From Raillietiella orientalis (taxonomy: Eukaryota), in contig JAYWIR010000002.1 of assembly GCA_036172245.1 (NCBI GenBank), forward strand, positions 1,240,001-1,304,000: a stretch of 64,000 nucleotides of DNA. The letters run 5' to 3'. Below are positions 11,954 to 25,200 of the stretch, one piece after another; position 1 is the stretch's first letter, and every line of letters begins with the position of its first letter. Both the position numbers and the translations under genes were made by a program. The notes under the pieces were generated by a model. It was not told the DNA's origin and searched no databases. It was given only the letters and a program-made list of their open reading frames with translations.

Positions 11954-13352
11954 ATGGTGAGCATCCGAGCGGTTGTTCTCTGCCTTTGTCTTTGTGTGGC
12001 AGTTCAAGGACGTCGGAAGCTGAACTCTCTTGAGAACGAACTACTAACATACTTGCAAAATGAAAAAAACGAAAACTATGGATACAGCGTATATTACTAT
12101 TTCCAGGATGCTTCTATAACTCGTTTGATGGGTATGCAAGCGCGTGCTATGAAACCTGCGTTCATTTCTCATTTCGTTTCTCATTTGTGCGCATTAAGAT
12201 GTCTTGCTGAGATGACTTTCACGAACTTTTCTTTTCAAAGTCTCCATCTCGCCTTCGAAACACCTGACCCCATCCCACTGAAACGACGTGCGACTTGGAA
12301 GCAACGCGTTGAGCTCTTTCCTCATCTTCTCTTCGGGAAAGAATGGCACAGTTTGCATCCTTGTCCCAAGATGGAACCGGAACAAATGCTCGGTTCCCAA
12401 GATGGAACCGAGCATTCGTTCCATAGTGTCTTCGAATCCCACTACTTCCCATAGCGGACTCTCAAGGCAAGCCGGCAATTCTCCAACCAGCAGACATCTG
12501 CCAGCCTCCGAGCACACATGCAGCAGGAGAGCAGTTTTGAGAGCCCAGCCATCTTTTCGACAACTCTTTCAGCCCTTTGCCTACTTCCCAGTCCTGGACT
12601 GCTAGATCACTTTAGTAGTCACGTCACCAGATTCCAATGCTCTAAGTCTCTTCTTCCGTCCACCTTACAGAGGTCCCCCTACTGTTTTTCCTACGTGTTG
12701 TTGAGTGAAGGGCATCATCTTTCCATCCTCCCCCATATTTGCAGCTCTTTTGCACTGACTTTACCAGCTTGAGACCTGATCTTGCAAGCATTGAAACGAG
12801 ACCTGACGCAGGTGTGCCTTTGAGCCGTAGTTACATCAATGATGTCTTCCTACAGCTAGACCACACGCTTCACATCTTTGTTTTCAGAAAGAATCCCTTT
12901 TCAATCTTTGACATTTTTTCATTAAGTTTCTCTTGGTAGATCCTGAAAAGCACTACACCCTCTTCCTGCCATCGAAAGAGGCAATCGATGATGTTTTCTC
13001 CGTTGTTAATGGCATTGATATTCTCATAAAGCATCCCGAACTTCGCGACGAGGTAGTTCTCAATTGGATCTCCCCAACTGAATCTCTGACGAACACTAAA
13101 GGAACTCGGATGCTGACAGCCCTAGGAGGAAAACAAATTAACCTCAGGAATTCAGGTAGGAAAGATAAGAAATACATGTTGATTGCGGGTCCTGTTGTAG
13201 GCAAAGGATTAGCAGTGAACGGTGTCCGAATTCTTTACAAGATAAAAAAACAGCATTTCGATGCATATATCACAGAGAAAGTCTTGTTTCTCACAAAAGA
13301 TAGAGTAAAGGAAGCAGCCATGGATGTCAACGTACCTTTGTCTACCGCTTGA
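11954..13352 (+). CDS. Secreted single fasciclin (FAS1) domain protein, ~196 aa, 2 exons
   Basis: Exons 11954-12131 and 12940-13352 join in frame across a GT..AG intron (G|AT=Asp). N-terminal signal peptide MVSIRAVVLCLCLCVAVQG, FAS1 H1-like motif YTLFLPSKEAI, H2-like YITEKVLF, and AATAAA at 13415-13420. Confidence 0.75.
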
Positions 13353-13497
13353 CTCTCCCTGACTCTCTTAATGTCACAAGTGTTAAGAGCGAAAATGAGA
13401 AACATATTCATAGAAATAAAGATTTAAAGACTTTGTAGAGGCTCATTTTTAATGAAGACAACACGGTGATCAGCGATCAACTCTTGCTCTTGCCAGA

Positions 13498-14855
13498 TGT
13501 TGACCTCGATCGATTACCACACATGATATTTACCGAAATAATTCGGAGACTCTTCCTTGAAAGACATCTCTCGTTATGAAGAAAACCCCGTTTGGAAGAA
13601 CGTGACAAGAAGTGATGTAGTGATCCGCAATTGGATACGTCAAGTTTAATGCATTGGAACGGAGACTGGGGGATGTGGTTCTTTGATTATCGTACGGATC
13701 TCTAATCCTCGTAGTAGCAGAGTGGAAATATCTGAAGTATCCTGTTCGCCTCCTTCCTGTCAGCGGTAGCATTTTCATCTCCTGCCGCGCACTTTCGGAA
13801 GGCTAAGGGCAACTGAGCGGCCTCCCGGCACACTCCAATTACACATTCGGGTTTCAGGCGTCCCGAACTGACACCGGGAGCTGTCCGCCCAGACAACGTG
13901 CACCCCATTCCCAGGAACATTACCCCCCTGTCCTACGGCACGGAGTCGTGATGGCAGCTTAGCGCAACTGATGGGTCCCTTACACGAGACGGTCAGCCCA
14001 CTCTGAGTAGCCCCACGAAAAACGAAATCACAGGCGCAGAAGAGAACACCCCCAGCGAGCGGCTCGTGCCATAAACTGGGTCCTCTCGCTCGTTAGAAAG
14101 ACTCGGTTCCGGGGACAGGCCAAATGCCCGCCTTCACCAGATCGGCGAGAATATGCTTTTTCCAGAACAGAGAACGCTCGTACAAACTAAGTCTCGGCTT
14201 CCTGATCACCCTCGTGAACGCGTTTGGAACTCCGTAGAAGGTCAGGACACTGTCCAGTCTGCCAAAGGTAAGTCAAGACATGCCAGAACGCATCATCGGC
14301 TCAAAAAGATGTAGGACGTGTTGCAGAACCCGAGGTGGGAAACAACCTGAAAATGTGGTTTGGATCGCAGTGTGCGAATATTCAATTTGCCAAAGTGGGA
14401 TAGAAGGAAGGGGAGTAGAATAGACCGCAAGGGAGGAAGAGTACCCGCAAATTCTGGCACTCGTTGTAGATTTCGAAAACGTGAACGGGGACCTCTAGAC
14501 ACTTGCGGGTTGCCTCAGGCTATCTCATAGCCTTCTGGGATAGCTGTACTCTCTCTGGGAGAGAACAGCTTCATTCTCTTTAGAGTCTGCCGTACTCAAG
14601 GTGCGAAGGATGTCGCGTGCCATGGATGCAGGTAGAACTTGACCATCTCTCCCCAGTTGACACGGATCTCCGTTCTGTCTCCCATTGATTGATCAGCCTC
14701 CACGCCACCCTCGGAGGCCCGCAACAACGTTTCCCTTGTGCTCCTGCCTCACTTAATCCCGGCGGTCTAACTCGAGAAACCACCCGAACCGGTTGCCCAG
14801 GTAGTAGACACGAAGATGGACACAAACGTGCCGAGGGCTGGTCCTTATGTCAACA
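13498..14855. mobile_element. GC-rich insertion, probable transposon/LTR remnant
   Basis: GC/CpG-rich block between the convergent FAS1 and NBAS 3' ends, bounded by TGTTGAC...GTCAACA. Minus-strand AGGGGGGTAA-TGT at 13917-13929 resembles a polypurine tract/LTR junction. No TSD or recognisable ORF. Confidence 0.25.
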
Positions 14856-15249
14856 TTGCTGAGATAATTCCAAAATATCAACTGTTTCTCAGCAACTTAT
14901 AAATGATACCAAGCGCACAGAAATATAAAAACCATAAAAACGATGGTACCAATAACATTCAAAACTAAGATTCATGCAGTCGAATTTCCATTTCTAGAAG
15001 GAAAAACTTAAAGTAATTATATTTTTACAATCACGTAGGATGATGATAAGCTTTCAAATTCAAAAAGACCCAATGTTTCATGAATACGATTTGAATATTC
15101 ATAAAATGAAATGGCTGCTGACATGTTTCATAAACTAATGTTACATACCAATTAGTGCCACCATAAGGCAAGCAACAAATTTTTTTTTTAATAACTAAAA
15201 AACATAACAAGACTTGGTAATCTTGCTGTAGTTAATAATCAAATCTTAT

Positions 15250-18200
15250 TTATTCTTTATAACTTAACAAGTAGTTAAGAGCAACTAAAGAATTTTGTGC
15301 ATCACACAAATTATCGGGGACTTTATGATACCTGAGCAAAATGCACCCAGCATCCCAATCTTTGTGCACTTTTAGTAAGTCATAACAAACACTTTCAACT
15401 CTTGATTGATCTCCTTTGACTAAGTGTTCACAGATTGCAGCAAATAACCATGATTTAGTCACTTTTTCAACCAGGTGTTTGTCTATTAATAAATTAAGGA
15501 GCTGATCATCAAATGCAATATTTTCAGCATTCTTCTCCAACTGGCTTAAACACATGTTATCAGTTTCAGCATCTCCGAACAATAATCCTAATTTAAGCCA
15601 AGATTGAAGAGATAGTTTATCCATACCAAAATCAAGAATTTCTTTCAATTCCTAAAACATTTTTACATACAAAATTAGAGAGCCTAAAATAAAGGTTTTT
15701 GAGATTGCCAACATTTTTTTTGTCAAATGATCACACAGTAGTTTGAGATCACCGAAATGCTCAATGGTTATAACATGAAAACATTAATTAATACTAATTA
15801 TATCCGAAAGTGTTAAAATTAATACACTTTAAAAAACATTCACACTTCCATTTCCACCAATAATTTTTTTTGTTTTTTGTTTCTTGTTTTTTGAAATCCA
15901 ACTTTAAAAACATTAATTTTACCCTTATAATTGGATATGAAGGCATGGCAACTGTACTGATTAATGAGTAGCCATGAGGTAAAAAAAAACTATGAGACAA
16001 TAACCATTTTTAGTTCTTTTGTCAGGTTTATTGTTAAACATCTGACAAAAGAAGTGTTCTCAGTCATAAAACTCTACAATAACAACACAGCATAGGATCA
16101 TTCATTCACTATGGTAAAAGCGAAACAGCATAAATAAACTTGTTTAATGTTTTATGAATGTTTACATTAAAATTACATATTTCTAAAAAATAACAAAATC
16201 AAGAATAAAGGGAACATATGGTACCGCAATTAGGAATAAAATGTACTTACTTCAGGATGCAAGTCACTTGGTTTAAAATACTCAAACAGATCCAATGTTA
16301 ACAAGTTATTTTGAATGCAGTATATGAAAAACTTTTTCCATAAACTTCGATAAACACAGTTATTGACAGGACATTTGATCTACCTTAAAATATACATACC
16401 TTGCAGTGGTACTGAACCATTCTTGTAAAACAATTCCAAAACGGATCACATGATTTTTTGTTGAAACTTTTGGCAGCAAAGTGTGGAAAACATTTTTACA
16501 CCATGTGGCAATATCCAAATCATTATTTCTGCTGATGGGACTCAAAATCCCAACCAAACAATTAGCTATATAATACTCATAGTCAGATTCAGGTACAAAT
16601 GATTTTAAGCATCGAATAATCTCTGTTTTTAGAGTAATCGACGAACAAGAGTTTTCACAAAAATGAATGACTTTCTGCACAACATCTGATATCAAATGTG
16701 GAAATTCTGAATGAAAACAAGACATGATGAGCTTGATAGATGGTGCACAGTCTATGTGCTCCTTTTGCAACTCACATTCTAGGCAATGGACAAGAATGTC
16801 TTCTAATTTGAATTGGTTAAGAACAGGTAGAGTCAACAAGGGTTTGATATACATTATGGGAACTTTTGATAGCATGTTGGTAATGGTTTCCACTTCACAA
16901 TCCCAGGAAACCTGTAACTGTCCCAGGCAATCTTCAACATCTTTGCCTCCTTCATGCACCAAATCCACAATATGCTTTTCTTGAATAGCTTCCATGAGTT
17001 CTAACCACTTAGAAAGTTTTTTGTTGAGATTTTGCCAAGACGGATCATTTTCTTTTCGAGTGCTTATGTGAGCATGAATTTTTTTTCCCATTCGACGCCG
17101 TTCTTCAATAGTGCAAAAATTTAAGAAGCGATCATCAAGGAAGGTAGACTTCATGAAACCAACAAGTTCACCAGGAGGAAACTGCAAACACTGGTTATAG
17201 CAGGTGTCAAAATGACTGCTCCAATCCAAACAATCTGGTTTGTCCCAAAAGCATTTAACCATCCAAACTCTTTGTACAACATAAGATCCAGGTATTAAGC
17301 TTTCCACAATATGTGATAAGACATTCACATTGTCCTCTGTCAAATGAGAAATTAAAACAGATGGAAGATTAGATGCTTCTTGCAATTTATGATACTTCAA
17401 TCCTGGAGCTATGTCCTTGAGAATCCGCAAATTCTTAATGTGCAGCTGAACATCATTGTGTTCTGAAATCCCATCATTACACTGTTGTAATACTTCATAG
17501 AAAGCAAGTAAGCAACTATGATTAGCATCATCCAACAGTGGAAGCACATGAGACAAAAGCCACTGTTTCAATTGTAAAGGATTCTGAAACAATTCATGCA
17601 GAACTTTCTCCTTCCAAGATGTTGTTTCCCAAAGACCACTTAGAAGCAAGTGGGAGAGATGTGCTAACTGCATATCTTCTCTTGATATATTATGACGTTT
17701 TGCAAGCAAAAGGGCATTTTCTAAAATGCTTTCTTTTTCACATCTAAATGCATACAAGAAATAATAATAATGATAAAAAGCTTTTGTATGTAACTTACAA
17801 AGCCATACTTTTAATTGTCTCTTGCTGGAAAGTTATGTCTTCTAAAAATTGTCCCAGGTCCACTGTGTCACCTAGACTTTTCAATGATGCATAATAGCAT
17901 ACATCTTCCAAATTCTGTAAGATTTGCAAGAATGCCAGAATCCACTCATCAGAAACGTCCGTGGTCTCAACAAAATTCCGAACAATCAAGAAGGCCTAGA
18001 ACGCATATAGCTAATTCTTTTAGGTGACAACTTACCAAGTGAGGAGGAATTGTGCAAACTGCCTCAGAGCCATTTCTGGGAACCAAATGATATTGTGTAA
18101 GAATCCGAAGAACTACAGAAAATAGTTGCATTTCTAAACCTATTTTGAATCTGAACAGGATTCTTGAAGGATGCACATAAGTCAAAAGCAATCCCAGAGC

Positions 18201-21200
18201 CCAAATTGAATCTTCAAAAAATACAGCTGTGATTAAACAGTCTAAAACTTTATCCGAGCTTGTTATCCAAGCATCAATTTTGGCCTCTGACTTACGATTT
18301 GAAAGTGAAGAAAGACTGATATCTGTTTGAGAATCTAACAATTCTCTTAAAAGTTCGTTTGCCCATTGAACAGAAGTTGCAGCACATTCTTTATAACTTG
18401 AAATCCAATGAATTGGATATTTATTAAACACGTAATAAAAATCTAACGACCCAAATTCTTTCCCTGGTTCATCAGAAATTGGAGTCGATTCCAGCAATGG
18501 TCTACAAAATGCTACACTTGGATGATGAACAGTAAAAATATTACAATTAAACACAAGCACAATAAAAAGAATACCTGACAACTTTGTCACATAATCTCTC
18601 CAAATCCACTTTGCTGCCTTCTTCAACTATTTGCAAATCCAAAAGTAATTTTTGTTGTAGTAAAAACTTCCTAAAATAAGAAATATCGAAATTATATAAA
18701 CCATGCTCTGCCAAACCTCATGTTAAGAATTTCCAGAATTTTGTTGCTTATGCAATAAGTTACAATAAAACTAAGCATTTCCAGTGCCCAACCAATGTTA
18801 TCTCCTAGAGTATGCTGTACTAGTTCCCAGCAAACTTTCCATGCTTCACCAAATTCCCACTGAACCAACTTCTCACACAATTGCTTGCAATATTTTACAT
18901 TCTGAGCTTGGAGTGCAGCTTCAGCACATAATACATAGACATATTTGCTTAGATACTCATGTTGGTCAGGAATAGCAAAGTAGCCAACTAAAGAGACCAA
19001 TAATTTGGTCTGATGATAATTTTGTGGAGAAACTGATAAGCATTTTTTAATCAAAGACAAAACATCCACACAATGGCGAACTACTAAGCAAACGATTTAT
19101 TAGCATCCACCGAGATTTCATGGTTTCACCTTCAAATGGAAGAATGTCCATACCAAGCTTCCTCAGAACTCCTAGGCCATCAAGAAGTTGTTGCTCCTTT
19201 TGCAATCTGGTTGAAAGTGAAGGTAATATATCGAGGCAGTTTCTGAAAATCTACGATGGAATCTGATATTGCTGTTTTACAAATACCTAGCCAGCTGTAA
19301 ATTGGAATCCATCAAGCTTCCAGATGAGTCTATGTAAGCATGAACAGCTTGCTGCACAAGACGAGTAGCTACATCTTGACCATCCAGAGAGCGAATGTTT
19401 TGCAAAAATTCAACAGAATTAAGAATAACCTCTGAGTGACCAGATGTAAGCATTGCATTTGCCACAATCTCATAGCAGTTTGACACTGTTACATTACAAG
19501 GCACCTTTTGACAAACCATAAGCATATCATCAATCAGATTTCTCCAAGTTGCTGTAGGAGCTTTAGGTTTGATGCATTCAACCAATTGCTTCAGAAGAGT
19601 GACTGAGTTTTCATAATTATCACGGCACAAATGCACTTCAAGTGCAGATGCAGATAGACCCCATGAATTGAAGCGATTTACAACAACCAATTCTTTATGC
19701 AAGTCATCTACTTTATCATGCAACTCATCAGATCCAACCCCATAGTCCCTCTGTGGCAAGCACTCCAAAATCTGATAAGCTAAAGGTAACTGATCCATAT
19801 AAGAATTCGCATAAACACACTCTAGGGCTAAACTAATAACTAAACTAGGATCTTTTATCACAGGATCAGCTGAATCAACCAAAGAGTTTTGAAAAATCTG
19901 CAAGCTGAATTAGGAAACATTACTTATTATCCAACATTCCTTACTTTTAGAGGAATACTAAGATCATTTGCTGCAACTTTTCTCAGATAAAAGAAGAATA
20001 GTTCAGTCCCTCTTTCATGACATGATAAAATAGGCAGTAAGCGATAATGATAGGCAGATACTACTTGCTCAGCTGTACAATCTTTCATTAGCAAACAAAC
20101 TTGCTCTTCTGAAGTGAGGTCTTTAAGTGAACTGAGCTGCAAGTTCTCAATTCCAACTTCATACACCAATGCTCTCAAAGTCATTAGTTTCACTTCTAAA
20201 TTTTTTAATGCTGGGATATTGTGATCACAACCTATTTGAATGAGAGCCAAGGCATGATCTACTTGCCCTGACCTCTCCTCAATTTGTTCAGCTCTTTGCA
20301 AATACCATTCAGATATTAGAGTTGAAGATAAACAACGTGCCTCAAAAACACGTAACCAAGGTTCTTCTCTGTAAAGCCATTCTATATCTGGATCCTCATC
20401 ATATTCTTCAGGATTAGCTGAAGGCAATTTCTGCACAAACTGGACTTTCCCATTCAGTCCACATACAGGCAGCAGTGGCTCATACTCATGAGGAGAGAAT
20501 GTCTCAGGGAAACTAGACAGCACAGCAAGCCAGTATGGTAGCATATGACTGCCATTAATGGTAAACAAACAACCCACAGCTGCAGTATTGGCTTTACGAG
20601 CAAAATGAATAGCAGAATAAATTAACGATTGATCCCGAAACCATCGAAACAAATGAGGATCAAAAGTATTTTCTCCATGGAAAGAATAATTCATGATTTT
20701 CTGAAATTCATATTTATTTGCCTAATATTTTGCTTGATATATTCATGGATTTACCTTATATATGGCCATTTTATTGAGATATTTTCTGATTTTCTTAGCC
20801 ATGATACTTTCTCCATCTTTTTTACTAATGTACTTCAAACCATAATGTAACAACTCTTCCATAGCTTCTGAAGTTTCCGGAATGCATTCCAATACCTCTT
20901 TAAGGATCCACTTTTTATCATGAATTTTTGATAAATATTCATGAATACAGAATACTGATGCTTTGCTTCGTTTCCATTGTCGCTGATAAACCAAATCTGT
21001 GTCCAGTGCATATGTATGAGCAATACTAAGGGCCTGCTCATATTCTTCAGTTTCAATCTTCTGCATATATAAATCCTTAGGTAAAACTGATCGGAATGTA
21101 AAAAGCCTAAAAGTTCGAAACATTTTTTTCTTTCTTATGGTGGAATACTTTTCCAAAACTGCAAAGAACCATGGAATGAGTAAAGGAATATATTTTATTA

Positions 21201-22815
21201 ATTTAGAATTTGGAGCACTCTGCACATCAATGCTTTCTTTTCTATGCACAAAACTTTGCTGGATATCACTCAACTTTTGAGAAGTCTCCTTGCAAATAAT
21301 TTTGCACTCCAAAATAAGGCAGGCCTCATTTCCTAATAATTGCATTTCTGGAATAGGAGGACTTGCAAAAGTTTCAGGAATAACATTTAAAAGACTGTCT
21401 AGAGTTGATGAAGATATAATGGTTAAAATCCCATCAATATTTATAACAACTAAGGCCTAAATAAACTGCCTATTAATACATAGTCATTGTAAAGATTTTA
21501 CTTACTCTCTCACCCCACCAACAAAGGCTCACAGGATACTGTTCTTTTCTTACTGATTTTTGCAAATCACATTGAATTTGTAATGACTTATATTGCAGCT
21601 GCTGCAAAGATGGCAAAGACCAAATAGATATTGCACCAGATAAGTGAATACAGGCCATCTGGAGACCACTTGGGGAAATAGAAAATGAACAGATATGGCT
21701 GCATCTAAATGAGCTATTAAAACCCATGTATAATAAGAATCTTTGAAACAAGGAGCAGTTCCTCTGCATTAAAGAAGAAGGTATATGATGCACTGTTATA
21801 ATCTGAACATAATAAGGAGATTCATCACAAATACGCCAAATGGTAATGCCATACTTCTGTATAGAATTTGTAACATTTGAGGGGTCTGAAGCAATATATA
21901 ATAAGTTTTGATGAGGATGCTTATTTACAGCATGGATTCTAGAGCAATCTAAAGGGTATGAATGATGCAAATGCCACTCTCCGTTCAAATTTAGTCTATA
22001 TGAGGAAATTATGGCAGAGTATGTCACAGCAAGCAGTTCAGTCTTATATTCTTTGATATGGGACTGATTTTGAAGAAATAACAATGATACTAAATAAGCA
22101 TCGGATGTATTCCCTTGAGTTCTTGTAGGCAATGATAACAGGGAGGAAGCTGTCACCTCAAAAACATTTATTCTGCCATCACTATATCCAATGGCCAAGA
22201 TTGAACCATCCTGATTCCAGCAAAGTTGTCTGAAGTGAGGAAATGGATCTGTAGGTATTGAAACCTTGAATAACAAATTCTTAAAATTATTCTTTGAAGA
22301 TCTAATCTCTAAAGTACGCTCCTGTAACAACGCTATAAACTTTCCAGAGCCTCCGAGAGCTAGCTGCCAAGGATTTCTAACATAAAAAGGGGTTATCCTG
22401 GACCGAAATGTCATTTAATCTATACCTGTGATTCTTTAAAAAAGTTTTTGGTCTAAAATACCAATCCTTCAGCCAGGTGCGTGGGGCACTATATGCATCT
22501 TTCTGCAACAGAAAAAACACCGCCTCAATAACGCTTCCGAATCAAAAGTCTGTAACTGTTCTTCATGAAATTACCCCTCATTTCTCGTGCTACTTATACA
22601 TTAAACCACAAACTATGTTTCAATTAATAAGTTTTAAAACACCGAACAATGTATGCACCAAAAATGGGGTGGCATTCCTTGCAATGTCATGAAGAAATAA
22701 TTCAAAACCAAATACTCACTTTTTCGGGTATATTCTCCCAATCGATACAAGTAACCACTTCATATAAGATGCTCTGTTTGGCTTCACAGTTACACTCTTC
22801 ATGAAAGCCTTCCAT
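15250..22815 (-). CDS. NBAS: Neuroblastoma-amplified sequence (NBAS/Sec39-like NRZ tethering subunit), ~2062 aa, 14 exons
   Basis: Exons 22815-22720, 22502-22426, 22376-21506, 21456-20755, 20700-19945, 19897-19287, 19242-19130, 19080-18717, 18670-18575, 18501-18036, 17995-17799, 17743-16400, 16344-16251, 15651-15250 all have GT-AG ends and total 6189 nt in frame. NBAS-like motifs: ILYE near the N-terminus, KIETEEYEQALSIAHTYALDTDLVYQRQW, WLAVLSSFPET, WYLQRAEQIEERSGQVDHAL, ILECLPQR. Confidence 0.95.
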
Positions 22816-22819
22816 GATC

Positions 22820-25200
22820 GGATTTACGAAGGCATTCACAATAATGCCTCAGACACCATAGCCATCACATCTGAGAAGATGCACTTGACGCACATCTGCC
22901 TTACTCATGTGCAAGTACTTTAAATATTAAATATGATTTCGTTTCATGCCATGAAAATTCTCGAAAATCTTTACAAATCCGAGTTATTAAAAACGAAAAT
23001 ATTCTTGAAATGTACGTGACAATTTTATTCAAGTCTCCAAGGATGTATAGAACTTCGATGCAATGCATTCCTTGGTCATAAGTGGAGAAAAGAAGCAACC
23101 TCTAGAACATTATGAAGAATTTAATCCTTGTGTATTTTAGTACTCTTAAGGAGAATATCCAGACAAATAATGGATTAAAATCATTGGGAAGGTAATATTG
23201 TACTTGTTGATAATGACTAACGGAATATTTTGCAGAATCTGCATCGAAGTTGAAAGAAAATAAAAAGAAATAAAAGAAATAAAAACTGAAATTGCAAAAC
23301 TGCTTAAAACTGCAAAAGTTGAAAGTTGCTGAAAGAAATAAAAAACATAAATAGCATAAGAGAAATTTTATTTTACTATGTTTTATTTCTAAGAAAAATA
23401 TTTGAATATTGTCCAGGTTTTTATTGTAAATCAACATAATCAGTACATTACAATTGCATACAATGCACTAATCGACTAGGCAAATGAATCAAATAACTTC
23501 ATTTAAAGCCCATTTTACAAAATTCATTGGACCTTCCTCATTGTAAGCAGTAGAATAGCCATTTTTTTAGATGTCAAACATCTAATAAAATGGCTGTTCC
23601 TGCCTTTCTAATTTGCTCTGAATCCTTCGCAGCAATGGATTGCAGCTACTTTCTTGCATACGAGACTTTCCGACATTAGAATGCAACCTTCTTGACGCGG
23701 CAGAAATCTCTCATTACAAGCGATCTGCCTCCAATGTTTCTTCTTGTTCGAGTTTTAATATGTTATCGGTCATTACAAAATAAGATCACCTTACTACATC
23801 ATCTTATATTCCGTTTTGTGTAATAAATCTCAGTTGTCAAAGTTTGCAATTGCTACATCGATTGGAATCTTTTTTATGGCATGCTACTTAATGAAATTTA
23901 TGGTGGTTACTTGGTAACATTTGTTATTCATACCATACTTCATACTTCATTTGTCAAGGCAAAGTCATTTTCATCTATTTCAATCTTGTGCTATAAAATA
24001 AATTAAAATGGAAAATGTCTTATTTGATTAGACATTTTCTGTTGTTGCAAACACCTTATTGAATTAGAAGAGGCTATTTTGATTTTTAAGCATGCATGTT
24101 TGCAAGCACATTTGCATTTGCAAGCATTCTTACTTTTACTCTCATAAGCGACTGCCTTTAAAACTAAGTACTGCATCGAATCTGTTTTAGTCGATGAAAA
24201 ATTCAGTAATGCTTTAATTTGAAAGCATTATTCAGTAATGCACTTGATTCGCTTATTTTCCATGCTTCATGGAAATCATTTTTCTTTCAAATCTTCAGAG
24301 TTTCCATCTGGATCTTTTATTCGAAAATATGTTTTCAGAGCTTCAACTGCTTTATTTTATTCCTTTTAACTTTATTTTGTTTCCTTTCAACTGCTTTTTT
24401 TTTTTTTTTTACTTTTTAGTGCTTTTTTATCTTCTAAATTACATGTATTATCCGTAGGAATTCCATTATTGCTCTGGCTTGATCATTTTGCTCATTTCTG
24501 TTATACTCTTATCATTTTGGTGTCTTCGTGACTGATATGATTTATTCATGCGTGCAACTTAGTTATGAACATTGATCTAGCATTCTATGACAAAGTAAAA
24601 GAAATTGTTTGCAGTTCGCTTAGTAATATTCAACAGGCTTTGGAGGTTCCGTTATTCAAAGAAAATTCTTCAGTCACTGATTAAATGTGTTCGGATAGTT
24701 GATGGCTTTAAAAAGAAAATATTAACCTAAATAGCTGCATATAACGAACTTTTCATCATCAAAGCGTTCTTTTTTTTAAAATTAATTCTGGATATTTAAA
24801 GTAAACGCTAAACGTCTTTAGAGACGATGTAAAAATACTAATACTAAAAATGAATTGTATTATGAAAATGCATATTAAACTCACGAGTCTATTTCAGAAG
24901 AGTACCAAGAATGCATGGTACTCTATACGTTGTCTAATAAAGTAATTTTCATGACTGATTCGTATCCTGTACATTTACGAATATACCTGACTTTCACTTC
25001 TGACATTACTGACCATACAATCACCAGATGCCCTCTGGTTATTTGGTTTCGTATCACCTTTAATTACTCTGCTGTCTGTTGTCATCTCGCCTTAATGTTG
25101 TCAATTTATTATTTACAACTGAGCAATTACAGAATACTACTTGAACTTTTTTTCATTTTCAGCACCGATCTGTATTCCAATTTTTTAGCAGCCTTTTAGC
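22820..25200 (-). mobile_element. Very old DIRS-like relic (RNase H ~24900-25150; YR to ~22860) directly upstream of NBAS
   Basis: KVLAHE*GRCASSAS (~22880-22921; cf. KVRAHEVRAVASS, the YR HxxR box), plus weaker YR N-terminal and RNase H-like fragments further upstream. Confidence 0.3.

Noticed and set aside
16014-16053. Hairpin in the last NBAS intron as a miRNA precursor
   Set aside because: Only 40 nt and AT-rich, too short for a pre-miRNA.
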